A DNA stretch of 64,000 nucleotides from Candidatus Scatosoma sp. (GTDB lineage Bacteria; Bacillota; Clostridia; Christensenellales; Borkfalkiaceae). The stretch is from the NCBI GenBank assembly GCA_045655705.1, contig JAZOPU010000119.1:1013-65012 (forward strand), given 5' to 3'. Under the pieces are notes generated by a model. It searched no databases. It saw nothing but the letters and a program-made list of their open reading frames with translations, and had not been told where the DNA came from. Below are positions 29,769 through 37,770 of this stretch, one piece after another; the stretch's first letter is position 1; each line of letters begins with the position of its first letter. A program made the position numbers and the translations under genes.

Positions 29769-31136
29769 ATGGATAAAATTCAATTACTGCAAGAAAGGAA
29801 AGCAAAAATAACGGAAGCAGGCAAAGAAATTCGTGCGCGCATCAATGCATTGGTGGACGAAAAGAGCTTTGTGGAGCTTTCCGCATTTAGTTTTTCTAAA
29901 AACGATTTTTACGGGGAACAAGCAGAGGGTGAAGGCGTTGTAACGGGCTTTGCCACGATTGCCGATTATCCGTTTTATATCGTTGCGCAGAATTTCAGCG
30001 TATGTAGCGGCGGTATGTCCAAAGCAAATTGTGATAAGATTGCAAAATGCCTTGAACTTGCTGAAAAGAATGCTACGCCCGTTGTGTACGTATTAAATAC
30101 GCGCGGGGTACAAGTGGGAGAAGGTGTAACCGTTTTGGAAGGGCTTGGAAACTTGCTTTTGAAAGCCACCCGTTTGAGCGGACTCGTTGCGCAATACGCC
30201 GTGATCGACGGTGAAGTGTACGGCTCGAGTGCAATGCTTGCTGCGATTGCAGATTTCACGTTCTTTATCAAAGATAAGAGTGTTTTGGCTGTGAATAGCC
30301 CGTTCGTAATCTCAGCAAAAGCAGGGAAAAACGTTACCAAAGAAGAAATTGGCAATGCGAAAGCTTTGACGAAAACGGGTATTCCCGCATTTGAAGTTGA
30401 CGACGTTAGTCAGATTCGCGCAAAAATCCAATCCATCACCAAGCTGTTGAACGTGAGTATGGTGGATGCGGAGCTGAACGAATCCGTTCCTGCACTCAAT
30501 CAAGCGGTAACAACGGATACGCTTATGAGTATCTTTGAAGAAAAAGAAGAACTTTGGGCGACGTGTGAAAGCGACGTTAAAACGGTTTTAGGCCGTATTG
30601 GCGGTATCGCAGTTGCGGCGGTTGTATTCGACGGCGCGGAAGAAGGGGTGGAATTAAGCGCAGGAAAATTTGCAAAGCTGAAAATTTTTGCATCGCTTGC
30701 GTATGCCTTCCAGTTACCGTTCGTTGTTTTTGGCGACGTAAAAGGCGTTTGTCCTTGTACGTGCGTTAATAATAGTCGGGTAATGAAAGAAGCGGCGGAG
30801 TATTTGCAAATATTCGATTCGTTGGATTCGCCGAAGATTTCCGTCGTTTATAAAAAAGCAATCGGGCTTGGTTATTCGCTTTTTGCTTCCAAGTCGGTTG
30901 GCTTTGATTATGCGTGTGCTTTTGCAAACGCAAAGATCGCGTTGTTTGACAGCGTCGCAGGCGCGCAAATCGAGCTTGGTGACGAAAAAGCGGACAAAGC
31001 CGTTCTTGCGGCGCGCTATGCGGACGAAAATTCCGATCCCGTACACGCAGCAAAAGACGGTTATATCGACGCGATTATTGAACCGCAGTTTGTAAAACAG
31101 CACTTGATTGCGTCTTTGCAAATGCTGTTGCGATAA
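29769..31136 (+). CDS. Acyl-CoA carboxyltransferase, 12S/PccB/MmdA-type; short and divergent
   Basis: 456 aa from ATG 29769 (GGAGGAG upstream). The N-domain aligns with the PccB pattern: GEGVVTGFATIADYPFYIVAQNFSVCSGGMS, NTRGVQVGEG. The C-domain retains LPFVVFGDVKG and KKAIGLGY. Several canonical glycines are substituted. Confidence 0.75.
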   Translation: MDKIQLLQERKAKITEAGKEIRARINALVDEKSFVELSAFSFSKNDFYGEQAEGEGVVTGFATIADYPFYIVAQNFSVCSGGMSKANCDKIAKCLELAEKNATPVVYVLNTRGVQVGEGVTVLEGLGNLLLKATRLSGLVAQYAVIDGEVYGSSAMLAAIADFTFFIKDKSVLAVNSPFVISAKAGKNVTKEEIGNAKALTKTGIPAFEVDDVSQIRAKIQSITKLLNVSMVDAELNESVPALNQAVTTDTLMSIFEEKEELWATCESDVKTVLGRIGGIAVAAVVFDGAEEGVELSAGKFAKLKIFASLAYAFQLPFVVFGDVKGVCPCTCVNNSRVMKEAAEYLQIFDSLDSPKISVVYKKAIGLGYSLFASKSVGFDYACAFANAKIALFDSVAGAQIELGDEKADKAVLAARYADENSDPVHAAKDGYIDAIIEPQFVKQHLIASLQMLLR

Positions 31137-31146
31137 GGAGTGAGCT

Positions 31147-31467
31147 ATGTGGACGAATTTATTGGCGGAATATATATCCGTTAGTTTATCGGCTTTATAT
31201 GCGTTGATAGGTTTTGCGATGGTTTTTGCGGGAATTGCTTTGCTGATCGTAGTCGTGTGGGCGGTAGGTAAAATTATGCACCGCGACCAAGCACCCATGC
31301 AAATAAAACAACGTGAAGTAAAAGCCGTGCAACAGGAAGTTGCCGTGGCGGATAGTAACGAAATTAGCGAAGAAACGGTTGCCGTGATTATGGCGGCGCT
31401 TACCGCGTATTATCAAACGAATAATCCTAAATGCGAATTTACGGTAAAAAGAATTAAGAGAATTTAA
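31147..31467 (+). CDS. OadG-family small membrane subunit (decarboxylase gamma/delta)
   Basis: 106 aa. A single N-terminal TM helix, then EETVAVIMAALTAYY as is typical of OadG/MmdD. Position in the operon supports the call. Confidence 0.7.
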   Translation: MWTNLLAEYISVSLSALYALIGFAMVFAGIALLIVVVWAVGKIMHRDQAPMQIKQREVKAVQQEVAVADSNEISEETVAVIMAALTAYYQTNNPKCEFTVKRIKRI

Positions 31468-31479
31468 GGAGAAAATATT

Positions 31480-31881
31480 ATGCGTAATTTTGTAATCACA
31501 GTAAATGGAAAATCTTATCAAGTAGGCGTTGAAGAAGTAGGCGGAGCGGTTGCTCCCGTAGCAGTGGCACCCGTTGCAGTTTCTGCGCCCGCGCCTGTAG
31601 CAGCACCTGCTCCGGTACAAGAAAAAGCGGCGGCACCTGCAGCTGCTCCCGTAGCGGCAGCACCCGCAAACGGCGAAAAATTACTTTCTCCGTTCCCCGG
31701 ACTTATTAAGGCGTTGCTTGTAGAAAACGGCGCAACCGTTAAAAAAGATCAACCCGTACTTGTTTTGGAAGCAATGAAAATGGATAACGATATCACCGCT
31801 CCTTGCGACGGCGTAATTACGTATCAAGTACAAAAAGGTGCAAACGTAGAATCCGACTCCGTTTTGGCGGTTATTGGTTAA
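31480..31881 (+). CDS. Biotin carboxyl carrier protein (1.3S-like)
   Basis: Ala/Pro-rich linker. Biotinyl domain with LVLEAMKMDNDI, which contains the biotinyl-lysine motif EAMKM. Confidence 0.9.
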   Translation: MRNFVITVNGKSYQVGVEEVGGAVAPVAVAPVAVSAPAPVAAPAPVQEKAAAPAAAPVAAAPANGEKLLSPFPGLIKALLVENGATVKKDQPVLVLEAMKMDNDITAPCDGVITYQVQKGANVESDSVLAVIG

Positions 31882-31901
31882 TATAGTAAATAGGTGAATT
31901 T

Positions 31902-33095
31902 ATGAGTATGAATTTGCTAGCTAATATCGGCGAAATTTTCTTGAATTTATGGAAATCGTCGGGTATTGCAAACGGATCGTGGCAAAACTACGTAATGATT
32001 TTGATTTCTTTCGTTTTGTTCTATTTAGCAATCGTAAAGAAATTCGAGCCACTTTTGCTTTTGCCGATTGCGTTCGGTATGTTTTTAATCAATCTCCCCG
32101 GCGCATACGACGTGCTTTGGGGAACGTATAAAGAAGGCGTGGCGCATACCTACGAAAACGTGGAGAATAGAGGTCTTTTGTGGTATTTATTCTTCGGCGT
32201 TCAAAACGTTATTTATCCGCCGCTTATCTTCCTGGGTATCGGTGCAATGACGGACTTTGGTCCGCTTATCTCCAACCCCAAGAGTATGCTTATCGGCGCC
32301 GCGGCGCAGTTTGGTATTTTCTTAACGCTTATCGGCGCGGTCGTGCTTGGTTTTGACCTTGCGGCGGCTTGTTCGATTGCGATTATCGGCGGTGCGGACG
32401 GCCCTACGGCGATTTACGTTACGCAAAGCCTTGCGAAATTTACCGATAAAGATCTCTTGTCGGCGATTGCGATTGCAGCGTATTCGTATATGGCGCTCAT
32501 TCCAATCATTCAAAAACCGCTTATGCGTTTGCTCGTGCCTAAAAAGGAACGCGCGATCAAAATGAAACCGCTTCGCACGGTAAGTAAGCTGGAAAAGATT
32601 ATTTTCCCGATTGTCGTAACGCTCGTCGTTGGTTGCTTATTGCCCGATGCTGTTCCGCTTTTGGGTATGCTTATGCTTGGTAATTTGCTTAAAGAATCGG
32701 GTGTTTGCGACAGACTTTCCTCGCAAGCGCAAAACGGGCTTATGAACACGATCACCATCTTCCTTGGTATATCCGTTGGTTGCAAGGCATACGGCGGTAC
32801 GTTCTTGCAAGTGGAAACGCTTATGATTATCGGTTTAGGGCTTGTTGCATTCTGTTTCGGTACGGTGGGCGGTCTTTTGATGGGGCGTCTTATGTGCAAA
32901 CTTTCCAAGGGTAAGATTAACCCGTTGATCGGTAGTGCGGGTGTATCCGCAGTGCCCATGGCGGCAAGAATCTCCGAAGACGTCGGACGCGAAGAAGATC
33001 CTAGTAATCACTTGTTAATGCACGCAATGGGACCTAACGTTGCAGGCGTTATCGGCTCGGCAATAGCAGCAGGATTCCTGCTTTCACTCTTCTAA
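31902..33095 (+). CDS. Na+-translocating decarboxylase beta subunit (OadB/MmdB/GcdB family)
   Basis: 397-aa polytopic membrane protein. [25 protein letters not shown] and [12 protein letters not shown] are typical of the family. Confidence 0.88.
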   Translation: MSMNLLANIGEIFLNLWKSSGIANGSWQNYVMILISFVLFYLAIVKKFEPLLLLPIAFGMFLINLPGAYDVLWGTYKEGVAHTYENVENRGLLWYLFFGVQNVIYPPLIFLGIGAMTDFGPLISNPKSMLIGAAAQFGIFLTLIGAVVLGFDLAAACSIAIIGGADGPTAIYVTQSLAKFTDKDLLSAIAIAAYSYMALIPIIQKPLMRLLVPKKERAIKMKPLRTVSKLEKIIFPIVVTLVVGCLLPDAVPLLGMLMLGNLLKESGVCDRLSSQAQNGLMNTITIFLGISVGCKAYGGTFLQVETLMIIGLGLVAFCFGTVGGLLMGRLMCKLSKGKINPLIGSAGVSAVPMAARISEDVGREEDPSNHLLMHAMGPNVAGVIGSAIAAGFLLSLF

Positions 33096-33111
33096 ATTGA
33101 GGTAAAAAACT

Positions 33112-34545
33112 ATGGAAATGAAATTTGAAAACAAGAAAGTAATGCTTACGGAAACCATTTTGCGTGACGCACACCAATCGCAAGCGGCGACCCGTATGAA
33201 AATCGAAGAAATGTTGCCTGTTTTGGAACAGCTTGACGAAATCGGCTACTATTCCATTGAAGCGTGGGGCGGGGCGACGTTCGACTCCTGTTTACGCTAC
33301 TTAAACGAAGACCCTTGGGAACGTTTGAGAACGCTTAAAGCGCATCTCAAAACCCCCATTCAAATGCTTTTGAGAGGTCAAAACCTGCTTGGCTATCGTC
33401 ATTATGCGGACGACGTCGTTGAAAAATTCGTGGCAAAATCCATCGAAAACGGCGTGGGCGTTATCCGTGTATTCGACGCGTTGAACGATCCGAGAAACTT
33501 GGAAGTTTCTATGAAAGCGATCAAAAAATACGGCGGTGTATGCGAAGCGACCATTTGCTATACCAGCGCGGTCGTGGACGGAAAAGAAGTATTCACCAAC
33601 GAGTATTTCGTTGATCTTGCAAAACAGCTTGAAGAGCGTGGCGCGGACAACATTTGCTTGAAAGATATGGCGAACCTTTTATTGCCGTTCAAAGCTTACG
33701 AGCTTGTTAAGGCGTTAAAATCGGCGTTAAAGCCCACCACGAAGTTGCACTTGCATACGCATAACACGACGGGTACGGGTGATATGGTATACCTTATGGC
33801 GATTTTAGCGGGCGTTGATATCGTGGACACGGCGCTTTCTCCGCTTGGTAACGGTACTTCCCAACCCGCAACCGAACCGCTCGTTGCTACCTTGCAAGGT
33901 ACGCCTTATGATACGGGCATTGATATCAATCAGCTTTTGCCTATCGTTAAACACTTCAAGGGTGTTGAAAAACGTTTGAAAGACGACAAGATTCTTAATC
34001 AAAAATCCAAAGAAATCGACGTAAATACGCTTTTGTATCAAGTTCCCGGCGGTATGCTTTCCAACCTTATCAATCAGCTTGAAAAAGCAGGGAAAGCGGA
34101 TAAGCTTATGGAATGTCTTGCGGAAGTTCCCAACGTTCGTAAAGATTGCGGTTATCCGCCACTCGTTACGCCTTCTTCCCAAATCGTCGGAACGCAAGCC
34201 GTTCTCAACGTGGTTATGGGCGAACGCTATAAAATGGTTACCAAAGAAACGAAAGACTTGTTTGCGGGTAAATACGGCTCGTTGTCTATGCCTTTAAATG
34301 AAGAAGTAGCAAAGAAAGTGCTTGGCGACACAGAAAGAATTACTTGCCGTCCTGCCGATCTTCTGAAACCTGAATACGAAGACATTAAAAAGAAAGTTGT
34401 CGAACTTGGCTACTACGAAAAAGAAGAAGACGTTCTTTCCTATGCCGTGTTTGAACAGGTTGCCGAAAACTTCTTCAAATGGAGAGAAGCCCAAAAGCAA
34501 GGCATTGATAGAGATATGGCAAAAACGGGCGTATATCCCGTATAA
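33112..34545 (+). CDS. Oxaloacetate decarboxylase alpha / 5S-type carboxyltransferase, no biotinyl domain
   Basis: TIM-barrel CT motifs ETILRDAHQS, RVFDALND, LKDMANLL, LHTHNTTG. It ends at 477 aa with no EAMKM segment. Confidence 0.88.
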   Translation: MEMKFENKKVMLTETILRDAHQSQAATRMKIEEMLPVLEQLDEIGYYSIEAWGGATFDSCLRYLNEDPWERLRTLKAHLKTPIQMLLRGQNLLGYRHYADDVVEKFVAKSIENGVGVIRVFDALNDPRNLEVSMKAIKKYGGVCEATICYTSAVVDGKEVFTNEYFVDLAKQLEERGADNICLKDMANLLLPFKAYELVKALKSALKPTTKLHLHTHNTTGTGDMVYLMAILAGVDIVDTALSPLGNGTSQPATEPLVATLQGTPYDTGIDINQLLPIVKHFKGVEKRLKDDKILNQKSKEIDVNTLLYQVPGGMLSNLINQLEKAGKADKLMECLAEVPNVRKDCGYPPLVTPSSQIVGTQAVLNVVMGERYKMVTKETKDLFAGKYGSLSMPLNEEVAKKVLGDTERITCRPADLLKPEYEDIKKKVVELGYYEKEEDVLSYAVFEQVAENFFKWREAQKQGIDRDMAKTGVYPV

Positions 34546-34560
34546 TTGCAATGGAATATC

Positions 34561-34662
34561 TGTGAAACATTTTCCGTGAAACTTAACACGCAACCGACGG
34601 ATAGTCGGTTGCGTAACTTTATATAAAGAAAAATGGATCTTGTGAAACTTTTATTGTGAAAC
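34561..34662 (+). repeat. Four direct copies of YGTGAAAC in two pairs with 14-nt period, bracketing the operon terminator
   Basis: TGTGAAAC 34561-34568, CGTGAAAC 34575-34582, TGTGAAAC 34641-34648, TGTGAAAC 34655-34662. The pair-to-pair offset is exactly 80 nt. Confidence 0.8.
34590..34612 (+). terminator. Hairpin after the decarboxylase operon (weak T-tract)
   Basis: GCAACCGAC (34590-34598), GGATA loop, GTCGGTTGC (34604-34612), followed by GTAACTTTATAT. Confidence 0.55.
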
Positions 34663-34717
34663 AATAAGATAAGAGATTTATAATGGGAATTGGAGCGGCT
34701 ATTTTTAAGGAGAGCTT

Positions 34718-35959
34718 ATGAAAAGAGTGGGTGTAATCGGCGGTGGTGCCGCAGGTTTAATGGCGGCATACGCGGCAGGATTAAAAGGACATCAGGTAAC
34801 GCTGATTGAAAAAAATGAAAAGCTTGGTAAAAAAATTTATATTACAGGTAAGGGTAGATGTAATTTTACTAACGACGTTTCACCCGAAGAATTTTTGCAA
34901 AACGTAGTGCGCGGAGAACGCTTTTTGCGTGGCGCAATCTATTCTTTCCCGCCGCAAAAAAGCATAGAGTTCTTTGAAAACAACGGATTATCAGTGAAAA
35001 TTGAACGCGGAAACCGCGCGTTTCCCGTGTCCGATCATGCAAGCGACGTAACCAAAACTTTGGAAAAAGCCTGTAAATCCGTAGGGGTGACTATTCTTTT
35101 GAATGAAAAAGTTACGAATATTACTTATACTACGCGTGACATAATACCTATGTGTGACATAGTACAAGTGAAAACGGATAAAAATTCTTATCTTTTCGAC
35201 GTAGTTATCGTTGCAACGGGCGGAATAAGCTATCCGTCGACGGGTTCAACGGGGGACGGGTATACTTTTGCGAAGAATACGGGGCATAAAGTAACCGATT
35301 TAAAGACGGGACTTTGTGGGGTCAATCTTGAAGGGAACGTACATGCGTCGTTGCAGGGGTTGGCTTTAAAAAACGTCGTTTTTTCGATAAAAAACGGTCA
35401 AAAAACGGTATTTAATGAAATGGGGGAATTGTTGTTCACGCATTTTGGTATTTCAGGACCGTTGGTTTTAACGGCAAGTTCGCTTATCAATCGTTTGCCC
35501 GTTTCTTCTTTGCAAGCCGTTATTGATTTAAAACCTGCATTAGACGAACAAACTTTGGATAAACGCTTACTTCGTGATTTTGAAAAGTATAAAAACAAGC
35601 AAATTTCCAATGCATTATGCGAATTATTACCGCAAAAACTCATTGCAAGCGTATTGCTCCTTGCTGGTATTCCAGAAAAAAAGAACGTGAACGTATTAAC
35701 CAAAGCGGAACGTGTACAAATCGTTTACATTTTAAAAAATTTCCCCGTAAAAATCAAGAGTTTGCGTGGTTTTGAAGAAGCGATTATCACTTCGGGGGGA
35801 ATAGATCTTTCGGAAATCAATCCCAAAACCATGGCAAGTAAAAAAATCCCTGCGCTTAAATTTTGCGGAGAGGTTTTAGACGTGGACGCCTTTACGGGCG
35901 GATTTAATATGCAAATTGCCTTTTCCACGGGTTTTGCGGCAGGAAATACGATTGAATAA
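34718..35959 (+). CDS. HI0933/BaiN-like NAD(P)/FAD-dependent flavoprotein
   Basis: VGVIGGGAAGLMAA, ITGKGRCNFTN, VATGGISYPSTGSTGDGY, EAIITSGGI, FTGGFNMQ. Confidence 0.85.
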   Translation: MKRVGVIGGGAAGLMAAYAAGLKGHQVTLIEKNEKLGKKIYITGKGRCNFTNDVSPEEFLQNVVRGERFLRGAIYSFPPQKSIEFFENNGLSVKIERGNRAFPVSDHASDVTKTLEKACKSVGVTILLNEKVTNITYTTRDIIPMCDIVQVKTDKNSYLFDVVIVATGGISYPSTGSTGDGYTFAKNTGHKVTDLKTGLCGVNLEGNVHASLQGLALKNVVFSIKNGQKTVFNEMGELLFTHFGISGPLVLTASSLINRLPVSSLQAVIDLKPALDEQTLDKRLLRDFEKYKNKQISNALCELLPQKLIASVLLLAGIPEKKNVNVLTKAERVQIVYILKNFPVKIKSLRGFEEAIITSGGIDLSEINPKTMASKKIPALKFCGEVLDVDAFTGGFNMQIAFSTGFAAGNTIE

Positions 35960-35990
35960 ATAAAAAAGATATACAAATACCTTGAAAAAC

Positions 35991-36019
35991 TTGACGATTT
36001 TTCAAAATTTTACTATAAT
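35991..36019 (+). promoter_or_regulatory. Sigma-A type promoter
   Basis: TTGACG (35991-35996), 17 nt, TATAAT (36014-36019). Confidence 0.55.
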
Positions 36020-36052
36020 AGTAAAGTGATAAAACAAAAAATGGAGAAATCT

Positions 36053-37066
36053 ATGACGATTATTCGCGGTGCAACGACGATAGAAAAAGACGGAAAACAA
36101 GAGATAACGCTTGCCGTAAAAGATATGTTAGACGGGATTTTTACCGAAAACGCATTACAAAAAACGGAAGTTCGCGGTTTCTTGTTTTCGCTTACGACGG
36201 ATATTCATAGCTATCATCCCGCAAAAGCGGCAAGAGAATGCGGATATGATTTTGCACCGTTGTTTGCGGCGATTGAACCGGAGATTGACGGTGCGTTAAA
36301 GCTTTGTATCCGTTTGATGCTGTTTACGGAATTATCCGATAACCGCATGGTAAAGCATATATATCAAAAGGGGGCTAAAATTTTGCGACAAGACATTTCG
36401 GGAATATATAATATTGCGCTGGACGGACCTGCGGGCAGCGGAAAAAGTACTGTGGCAAAGATTCTTGCTAGCGATTATAACATTTTATATTTAGACACAG
36501 GCGCGATGTACCGCGCTTGCGGGCTTAAAGCCTTGCGAATGGGCGTGGATACCAAAGACGGCGAAGCGATTGAAAAAATATTACCCACTTTAAACGTGAA
36601 AGTGGAATATAAAGACGGCACGCAACGTACGTTGCTCGACGGGGAAGACGTATCCCTTGCTATTCGCGAGAACGCCGTTTCTATGGCTGCATCCAACGTT
36701 TCTGCGCATCCTTGCGTGCGTATTAAAATGGTAGAGATGCAAAGAGAGATTGCAAAAAATATGTCGTGCGTTTTAGACGGTCGGGATATCGGCTCGACGG
36801 TTTTGCCTGACGCTAAATATAAATTCTTTATTACGGCGGATAGTAAAGTCCGCGCAACGCGCCGTTATAAAGAACTGCTTGCCCGCGGAGAAAACGTGGA
36901 CTTTGATACGTTGCACGCGGAAATCGTTGCAAGAGATAAGCAAGATAGCGAACGGGAGTTTTCCCCGTTAAAACGCGCAGACGACGCGATCCTTATCGAT
37001 ACGTCTGATATGTCGATTGAGCAAGTGATACGCGAGATTAAATCACAAATTCAGTCAAAAATATAA
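36053..37066 (+). CDS. cmk: Fusion protein: AroH-type chorismate mutase domain plus cytidylate kinase
   Basis: Residues 1 to about 118 match the B. subtilis AroH pattern (MTIIRGATT, HPAKAARE, IEPEIDG, KLCIRLM, HIYQKGAKILRQD). These are followed directly by Cmk (IALDGPAGSGKSTVAKILA, LDTGAMYR, DGRDIGSTV, RDKQDSER). ATG 36053 follows GGAG. Confidence 0.8.
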   Translation: MTIIRGATTIEKDGKQEITLAVKDMLDGIFTENALQKTEVRGFLFSLTTDIHSYHPAKAARECGYDFAPLFAAIEPEIDGALKLCIRLMLFTELSDNRMVKHIYQKGAKILRQDISGIYNIALDGPAGSGKSTVAKILASDYNILYLDTGAMYRACGLKALRMGVDTKDGEAIEKILPTLNVKVEYKDGTQRTLLDGEDVSLAIRENAVSMAASNVSAHPCVRIKMVEMQREIAKNMSCVLDGRDIGSTVLPDAKYKFFITADSKVRATRRYKELLARGENVDFDTLHAEIVARDKQDSEREFSPLKRADDAILIDTSDMSIEQVIREIKSQIQSKI

Positions 37067-37077
37067 GGTATTAACCA

Positions 37078-37767
37078 ATGAAAGATAAGAAAGCGAAAAA
37101 AAATAAACCTATCACCGTAAAAGCGACGAAAAAGGGAAAGCATATCATTCCTTTTCTAAATTTCCTACGGATTATTTTTATCCCGTGGTATTTTTTAGTT
37201 AAACCGTTCCGTTATTTTGGTAACCGCAAGGTTAAGGACGGGGCTTGCGTGTACGTAGTCAACCATTACACGCTTTTCGACGCGGTTTATCCCGCTGCCA
37301 CCACTTGGGAAGGTGTTCACTACGTTGCCAAACGCGAAGTCGTAGACGCACCGATTATGGGTGCGATTGCACGCGGTGTTAAGGTTATTCCCGTCAATCG
37401 TGACGGCAACGACGTACGCGGACTTTTGGATTGTTTTAAATGCTTAAAAAACGGCGAAAAAATCGTTATTTTCCCCGAAGGGACACGCAATAAAACAAGC
37501 GAAGATATGCTCGCGTTTAAACATGGCGCGGCGATTATGGCAATCCGCACGAAAACGCCGATTATTCCACTCGTCATTTATAGCAAGCCCAAATTTTTCC
37601 GTTGCACGCATATTTTGATTGGCGAGCCGTTTGAATTGCAAGAATATTACGATCGTAAGCTCACAAACGAAGAAATGGACGAAGCGGATAAGAAAATTCG
37701 CGAGTTAATGCTGAAAATGAAAGCCGAGCATAAAGAATATTTGCAAAACAAAAAGAGAAAAAAATAA
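37078..37767 (+). CDS. plsC: 1-acyl-sn-glycerol-3-phosphate acyltransferase
   Basis: VNHYTLFD (HxxxxD) and IFPEGTR motifs. Confidence 0.85.
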   Translation: MKDKKAKKNKPITVKATKKGKHIIPFLNFLRIIFIPWYFLVKPFRYFGNRKVKDGACVYVVNHYTLFDAVYPAATTWEGVHYVAKREVVDAPIMGAIARGVKVIPVNRDGNDVRGLLDCFKCLKNGEKIVIFPEGTRNKTSEDMLAFKHGAAIMAIRTKTPIIPLVIYSKPKFFRCTHILIGEPFELQEYYDRKLTNEEMDEADKKIRELMLKMKAEHKEYLQNKKRKK

Positions 37768-37770
37768 TTT

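Noticed and set aside
34561-34662. Considered whether the GTGAAAC repeats, which resemble the 3' ends of some CRISPR repeats, form a degenerate CRISPR array.
   Set aside because: The repeat unit is only 8 nt, with 6-nt gaps inside each pair. There are no spacer-length intervals and no cas genes in the window. A regulatory repeat is the more plausible reading.
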